DNA from: an uncultured Acidobacteriota bacterium
GTDB lineage: Bacteria > Actinomycetota > Acidimicrobiia > Spongiisociales > ZC4RG35
Direction: 5' to 3'
NCBI GenBank assembly: GCA_963828465.1
Contig: CAWHEU010000027.1
Span: 1 to 64,000, forward strand
DNA length: 64,000 bases
Under the pieces are notes generated by a model, which saw only the letters and a program-made list of their open reading frames with translations, did not search any database and had not been told where the DNA came from. Positions 59,664 to 64,000 of the stretch are shown here, in pieces. Every line of letters starts with the position of its first letter. Within the stretch, counting starts at the first letter, position 1. A program made the position numbers and the translations under genes.

Positions 59664-59672
59664 ATGCGGCGG

Positions 59673-60674
59673 TCACCGTACCGGCTCGATCGGGAAATCA
59701 TCATCAGGGATCACCGGGCGCTGCTCGGCGATCGATCGTTTGAGACTCGCTTCGAATTGCAGTTCTCGAAGGCCGGCGATGCCCGGAACCGGCGGCGGGA
59801 GGCCCGCCCGCACGGAGTGGAGATAGGCGTCGATCGACTTTTCGAAAGATGCGTCGTACTTGTCCCAGCGGGAGGTTTCCCGGCTCGGCGTCACGATCTC
59901 GTGCACGACGCCGTTCGAATCGAGCACCTCCATCTCCTCATCGAGACCGCGAAAGTGGAGACGACCTCGCTCGAAGGCGACGATCAACTCGAAGAGGGGA
60001 AACCCCCAATCGATCCCGTTGGTGCCGAGAAGCGTGCCGGTCGCGTCCTGACCGATGAGGAAGGAGGCCGCGATGTCAGGCGCCGTCCCCGAGGCGGGAT
60101 GTTCATGCGCTCGGGTGCCCTGCTGGGCGGAGATTCGCCGGATCGGTCCGACAAACAGAAGTATCAAATCGATGCAATGGCTCCAGGTGGCGTAGTGGGA
60201 AAGCGCCATGACGCTGACCGGGGCGCCGAAATCACGCTCTTCGACGATCTCTCGGCCCCTCATCGTCTGGTCGAAGAACCGGTAGTTGAACACCATCGCA
60301 ACCTCTGCCCCTGCCGTGTTGGCCTCCTCGAGGAGGGCTTTGCCATCCCAGAAGTCCTGTTCGACGACATTGGCCTGGCCGCCTCGAGCTACCAAAGGCT
60401 TTTCCAGGAACAACCGCTTCGGCCCGAAAGGTAGAAGTGCGCGGGTCGACTCCAGACGCTCCTGCTCACCGGTAAGGACGAACACCGCCTCCGGCTCCCG
60501 GGCAAGCAACTCGTCGAGAGAGCCGGCCACCGGCACCCCGAATCGCTCACCCAGGGCATCGGCACGCTCCCTCGTCCTCGAGTAGAGAGTCAACGAGACA
60601 TCGTCGTGACGGAGGAGACCCGGTATGTAGTTGCGCTCCGCGACCTTGCCGGTCCCGACGATGGCGATTTCCAC
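59673..60674 (-). CDS. Gfo/Idh/MocA-family oxidoreductase
   Basis: IAIVGTG Rossmann motif, LFLEKPL, VFNYRF, HCIDL. Confidence 0.82.
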   Translation of the reverse strand: MEIAIVGTGKVAERNYIPGLLRHDDVSLTLYSRTRERADALGERFGVPVAGSLDELLAREPEAVFVLTGEQERLESTRALLPFGPKRLFLEKPLVARGGQANVVEQDFWDGKALLEEANTAGAEVAMVFNYRFFDQTMRGREIVEERDFGAPVSVMALSHYATWSHCIDLILLFVGPIRRISAQQGTRAHEHPASGTAPDIAASFLIGQDATGTLLGTNGIDWGFPLFELIVAFERGRLHFRGLDEEMEVLDSNGVVHEIVTPSRETSRWDKYDASFEKSIDAYLHSVRAGLPPPVPGIAGLRELQFEASLKRSIAEQRPVIPDDDFPIEPVR

Positions 60675-60720
60675 GGCGGCGCCGACCCTAGGTGAGGCGG
60701 CGCCGCCGATCAGGCCCGGG

Positions 60721-61176
60721 TCAGCCGCCCACCCTGGCCGCGAAGTAGGCCTGGAGGCGGTCGAAGAATCCCTGCCAGGCCACGTTGGCGAAGAAGTCCC
60801 GGTTGCTCTCGTCCGGCAGCCCCGAGTGGATCACTTTCATCAACGTCTTCCCCCCTTCGTCCTCGAAGGTGATCTCGACGGTTGTGTCATCCATACTGCT
60901 GCCGTCCGGTGAGCTCCCGCTCGATTTGCTGACGAGCCGATGCGGCCGGTCAACGACCTCGAAGGTCTGAGTCTCACGAAACATCTCATCCGGGGAGAAC
61001 CCCCAGGCGCTCACCCAGGTGCCGCCCACCCGAAGGTCGATCTCGTTCTCGACGATCATTTCCTCCTCGTTGAGGATGGTGAACCAGACCTTCATCGCTT
61101 CGGGATCGGTGTATGCGTCGAACACCTCCTCCGGGGTGGCGTCGATCAACCTCTCCACTCTGAGCTCGTAGCTCAT
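60721..61176 (-). CDS. SRPBCC/AHSA1 (START-like) domain protein
   Basis: LRVERLIDATPEEVFDAYTDPE..KVWF, DLRVGG, PHRLV, WQGFFDRL. Confidence 0.88.
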   Translation of the reverse strand: MSYELRVERLIDATPEEVFDAYTDPEAMKVWFTILNEEEMIVENEIDLRVGGTWVSAWGFSPDEMFRETQTFEVVDRPHRLVSKSSGSSPDGSSMDDTTVEITFEDEGGKTLMKVIHSGLPDESNRDFFANVAWQGFFDRLQAYFAARVGG

Positions 61177-61508
61177 AGTTCTTCTCCTTTCTTCTCTTCG
61201 AAATAGGCCTCGAGCCCGTCGAGTCGGCGGTCCCATTGATTCCGGTAGAACTCGATCCAGTCGAACGCGTCGTCCATGCGGGATGGGCCGAGGCGACAAC
61301 TCCGGGTCCGCCCCACCTTTTCGGTGACCACAAGCTCTGCCTCCTCGAGGATCCGGACGTGTTTCTTGAGACCGGTCAACGACATGGCCAACGGTCGGGC
61401 CAACTCGGTGATCGAGGCCGGTCCACGACCGAGCCGGTCCAGGATCTGACGTCTGGTGGGATCGGAGATGGCTCCTAAGGTTCTATCGAGTGTCGCATAC
61501 TGAACCAT
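61173..61508 (-). CDS. ArsR/SmtB-family regulator (metal-site-less, SRPBCC-associated)
   Basis: AISDPTRRQILDRL, SITELA.P..MSL....KHVRILEEAELV..EKVGRTR.C.L. Confidence 0.9.
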   Translation of the reverse strand: MVQYATLDRTLGAISDPTRRQILDRLGRGPASITELARPLAMSLTGLKKHVRILEEAELVVTEKVGRTRSCRLGPSRMDDAFDWIEFYRNQWDRRLDGLEAYFEEKKGEEL

Positions 61509-61522
61509 TTGGTTCAGTATGC
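61495..61522. promoter_or_regulatory. Perfect 13-2-13 inverted repeat overlapping the ArsR start codon (autoregulatory operator)
   Basis: GCATACTGAACCA-TT-TGGTTCAGTATGC. Confidence 0.8.
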
Positions 61523-61558
61523 CAGCTCAGTGAGAACCCGTCAATCCTGCTCTGAGGA

Positions 61559-62635
61559 TCAGTCGGCGATCAGGCGGGTCATCAAGTCGCGAACCTCACC
61601 CGGTTCGAAGTCGAGCGTCGAATCACCAACCGTGAGCTCGACGATCTGCCAATCGGGATGCGTCCCCGGGAAAGTCGTCTTCCAGGTCCAGATCCCTTCC
61701 TCCTCCGCGATACGCAGCGAATTGGCCTTCAACACGTCCGACGAGAGACCCAGGTGAAGATGGAACATCGACGTATGAGGCGGATCTGGAACCACCCGCA
61801 CCCGATCGAGGTCACGCAGGGCATCGGCGATCGCCAGGGCATGATCCCTGTAGCTTTTCATTCGTGGGAGCCGGGACCGGACGGAGGCCAGAGCCGACGC
61901 GGCGTATGGCCACATGGCGAACAGGGTCCCGCCGTGGCGAAGACGCCATTCCCGGGCTTCTGCAATGAAGTCCTCGGGGCCGGCCAAGCCCGACCCGGCC
62001 AGGGCCCCCAGGTCCTTGTAGAACGAGACATAGACGCTGTCGAACAGCCCGGCGATTTCTTCCAACGGTCTGTCGTAGGCGGGTGGGCACTGCCAGAGAC
62101 GGGCGCCGTCGAGATGGATCGCCGCCCCATGGTCACGAGCCCACGCGGTCTGGGCGAGGAGATCCTCCCAACCCGGCAGCTGGCCACCTATTTCCCGCTG
62201 AGGCAGCTCGAGCAGCAGGGCGCCTAGCGGTTCGGCTATGTCCTCCAAGCTCTCGAGACTTAGGGGGACGTAGGGATCACCAACCGGGCGCCCGACGAGG
62301 TCATGGAGCCGCTCGAAAGCGCCTCCCTCGTGCATTTCCACGTGACTGGTGGGATGAAACGCGATCGTCCGACGATTCCGTCGATCGGCATGTATCCGCA
62401 AGGCGATCTGCTGTGCCATGGTCCCGCTCACGAAGAAAGCGGCAGCCGGCATCCCGAGGAGATCGGCGAGGTAGGTCTCGAGTTCTTCGACAACGCCGCC
62501 GTCCCCGTAGCGATCCGGGGTGATGTCGGTGGGTAGCTCCGAGAGCATCCCGGCGGCGGTTCGATCGCCATGCCAGGCCAGCCATCGGGTGCAGGCGCGA
62601 CGAATCCGATCGATCTCGGCTTCGTTTGGGTCCAT
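61559..62635 (-). CDS. Low-specificity threonine aldolase family PLP enzyme
   Basis: DRYGDG, FFVSGTMAQQIAL, LLELPQREIGG, HLDGARLW, DSVYVSFYK (PLP lysine). TACAGT lies 6 nt before the ATG. Confidence 0.85.
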   Translation of the reverse strand: MDPNEAEIDRIRRACTRWLAWHGDRTAAGMLSELPTDITPDRYGDGGVVEELETYLADLLGMPAAAFFVSGTMAQQIALRIHADRRNRRTIAFHPTSHVEMHEGGAFERLHDLVGRPVGDPYVPLSLESLEDIAEPLGALLLELPQREIGGQLPGWEDLLAQTAWARDHGAAIHLDGARLWQCPPAYDRPLEEIAGLFDSVYVSFYKDLGALAGSGLAGPEDFIAEAREWRLRHGGTLFAMWPYAASALASVRSRLPRMKSYRDHALAIADALRDLDRVRVVPDPPHTSMFHLHLGLSSDVLKANSLRIAEEEGIWTWKTTFPGTHPDWQIVELTVGDSTLDFEPGEVRDLMTRLIAD

Positions 62636-62683
62636 CGGGCGACTGTATCCCGGGGGCGGGGGCCAGCGGTCCCGAATTTTCGA

Positions 62684-63172
62684 TCAGACGGGAACGTCTC
62701 CCAGGATCTCCTCGAGCTTGACGAGGATCTGCCGTTCCCCATCGCTGACCTGCTCGGCGCCGATCCCGAAGAAGCCACCCTCTTTGGCGGCTTCGGCGGC
62801 GTTCTTGGCCGACTGGAGGACCCAGGCGCGATACCCGGTCGCCTCCTCCGCCGTCGCCTTCTGGGTGACTATTCGGTTGGCTTCCCGGAGCTCGTCCAGG
62901 ATCAGCTCACGAGGGTCGGCGCCAGACTCCGGCTTGAGGTCCGACAGGGGGTTCTGTTTCTCCTCCAGCGCCACCTTCAAGCCGGCGGACAGGTCGACCA
63001 CCAGACCTTGCTCGTCCGTGGGGGTCACGGCGGACTTCATCGCCGCCATGGACTCCTTCGACATCTCGATGGGGCCACCTATGTCGGCTAGCGAAACTCC
63101 CATGCCGGCGACCAGCGGGGCCCGGTAGAGCTTGACCCACTCTTCTTCTGTGAAATCGGCCTTGCTGGTCAC
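62684..63172 (-). CDS. Conserved hypothetical protein
   Basis: Strong coding-like composition and AGAAAGG RBS. FTEEEW...AP N-terminus and AEAAKEGGFFGIG..VS..E C-terminus are recognisable as an uncharacterised family. Confidence 0.7.
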   Translation of the reverse strand: MTSKADFTEEEWVKLYRAPLVAGMGVSLADIGGPIEMSKESMAAMKSAVTPTDEQGLVVDLSAGLKVALEEKQNPLSDLKPESGADPRELILDELREANRIVTQKATAEEATGYRAWVLQSAKNAAEAAKEGGFFGIGAEQVSDGERQILVKLEEILGDVPV

Positions 63173-63450
63173 GGTGAACCCTTTCTCTGATGGCTGCTCG
63201 CGACTCTAAGCGGATGGCCGCGTTAGGCCGGACCGTCAATCGGCTGCGGCGACCTCGATGAGGGCGGCGGGAAGCATGTCCGGGTCGATGACGCAACCCA
63301 CCCACCACGATCCAGCGCTGACCGGCACGGTGAGGGTCGAGGGGCCGCCAATGGCGTGTCCAACAGCGGCAAGTCGGCGCAGGAAACCCTTTCAGCCGTC
63401 GAAACCGCCTGGATCGACTACGAGGCCGGCCAGGTAGCTGTGGAGCCCGG

Positions 63451-63909
63451 TTAGGAACCTTCTTCGACGACCTTCTTGAGACCGTCGAGCATCGACTGCC
63501 AGTTGCCTTCGGAGTGGTCCTTCGCCTCGACGGTCTCGTTGTGGTCCTGGATCAGAGTCACCTTTGTCGCCGGGCCGTCGTCGACCACCTCGATACGGAC
63601 GGTGTGATAGTTCTCCGGCACATCAGGCAACCCGGTCAACGGGCTGAAGTGGCTGTACTCGAGGACCTGGGGCGGAAGGACCTCGCGGACTGTGCCCTTG
63701 TCCTGGTATGACCGACCGTCCCATTCCCCTTCCCAGGTGATCGGGCTTCCCTCGCTCCAGTCGGTGGTCACCTTGGTCCCAAACATGTATTGGCTGATCG
63801 ACTCCGGGTCGGTCAGGGCATCCCAGACCTCTTCCTTCGGGGCATCGATGACCGTGGACACTTTCGCCACGTGATCGCTGTCTGACATCGGCTTCCTCTC
63901 GTCGGACAC
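63451..63909 (-). CDS. SRPBCC/AHSA1 domain protein
   Basis: IDAPKEEVWDALTDPE..QYMFG..V.TDW..GSPI.WEGEW, YSHFSP, NWQSMLDGLK. Confidence 0.88.
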   Translation of the reverse strand: MSDERKPMSDSDHVAKVSTVIDAPKEEVWDALTDPESISQYMFGTKVTTDWSEGSPITWEGEWDGRSYQDKGTVREVLPPQVLEYSHFSPLTGLPDVPENYHTVRIEVVDDGPATKVTLIQDHNETVEAKDHSEGNWQSMLDGLKKVVEEGS

Positions 63910-64000
63910 ACGAGTCCTACCCGAAATCGTCCCAAACCATGCACTCGGCGGCTCCGAACTACCCGCGTCATCGAACGACTTTGGAAGGAGGCGATGATGA

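Noticed and set aside
63173-63450. Possible small gene or remnant between the hypothetical protein and the SRPBCC gene
   Set aside because: Only short frames with no recognisable motif, start signal or clear RNA structure, so no call can be supported.

Overview
This is a high-GC bacterial chromosomal window, most likely from an Actinomycetota (probably Acidimicrobiia) genome. That is inferred from Thr/Ala-tethered lipoprotein solute-binding proteins, an F420-type Ddn oxidoreductase, an ECF42-type sigma, and TANNNT boxes 6-7 nt ahead of several start codons. From left to right it holds: (1) an aromatic-acid catabolic region (1-13.7 kb: boxC, MetE-like Zn enzyme, orphan methyltransferase-fold protein, extradiol dioxygenase, LIV-type ABC importer, galD/galB/galC-type oxalomesaconate enzymes, benzoate-CoA ligase, hydrolase); (2) csoR-copB copper export; (3) an L-rhamnose uptake and catabolism cluster with a divergent lactate dehydrogenase; (4) a signalling-rich patch (LacI, ECF42+YciI, LipJ-like cyclase, and an ECF sigma coupled to a membrane beta-propeller/pseudo-hydrolase protein); (5) a ~21 kb cobalamin-dependent glycine-betaine demethylation / split methionine synthase supercluster with two copies of a 39-bp operator and a SAM-II riboswitch before bmt; (6) miscellaneous oxidoreductases, ArsR-SRPBCC and a threonine aldolase. 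Many genes left of ~39 kb carry single-base frameshifts, most plausibly long-read consensus errors. I saw no rRNA, tRNA, CRISPR array, transposase or integrase. All calls come from motif recognition by eye, with no database searches. The strongest novelty candidates are the ECF/anti-sigma-like pseudo-hydrolase receptor, the actinobacterial betaine/B12 supercluster with its SAM-II switch and operator, and the MetE-like/orphan methyltransferase pair inside the aromatic operon.
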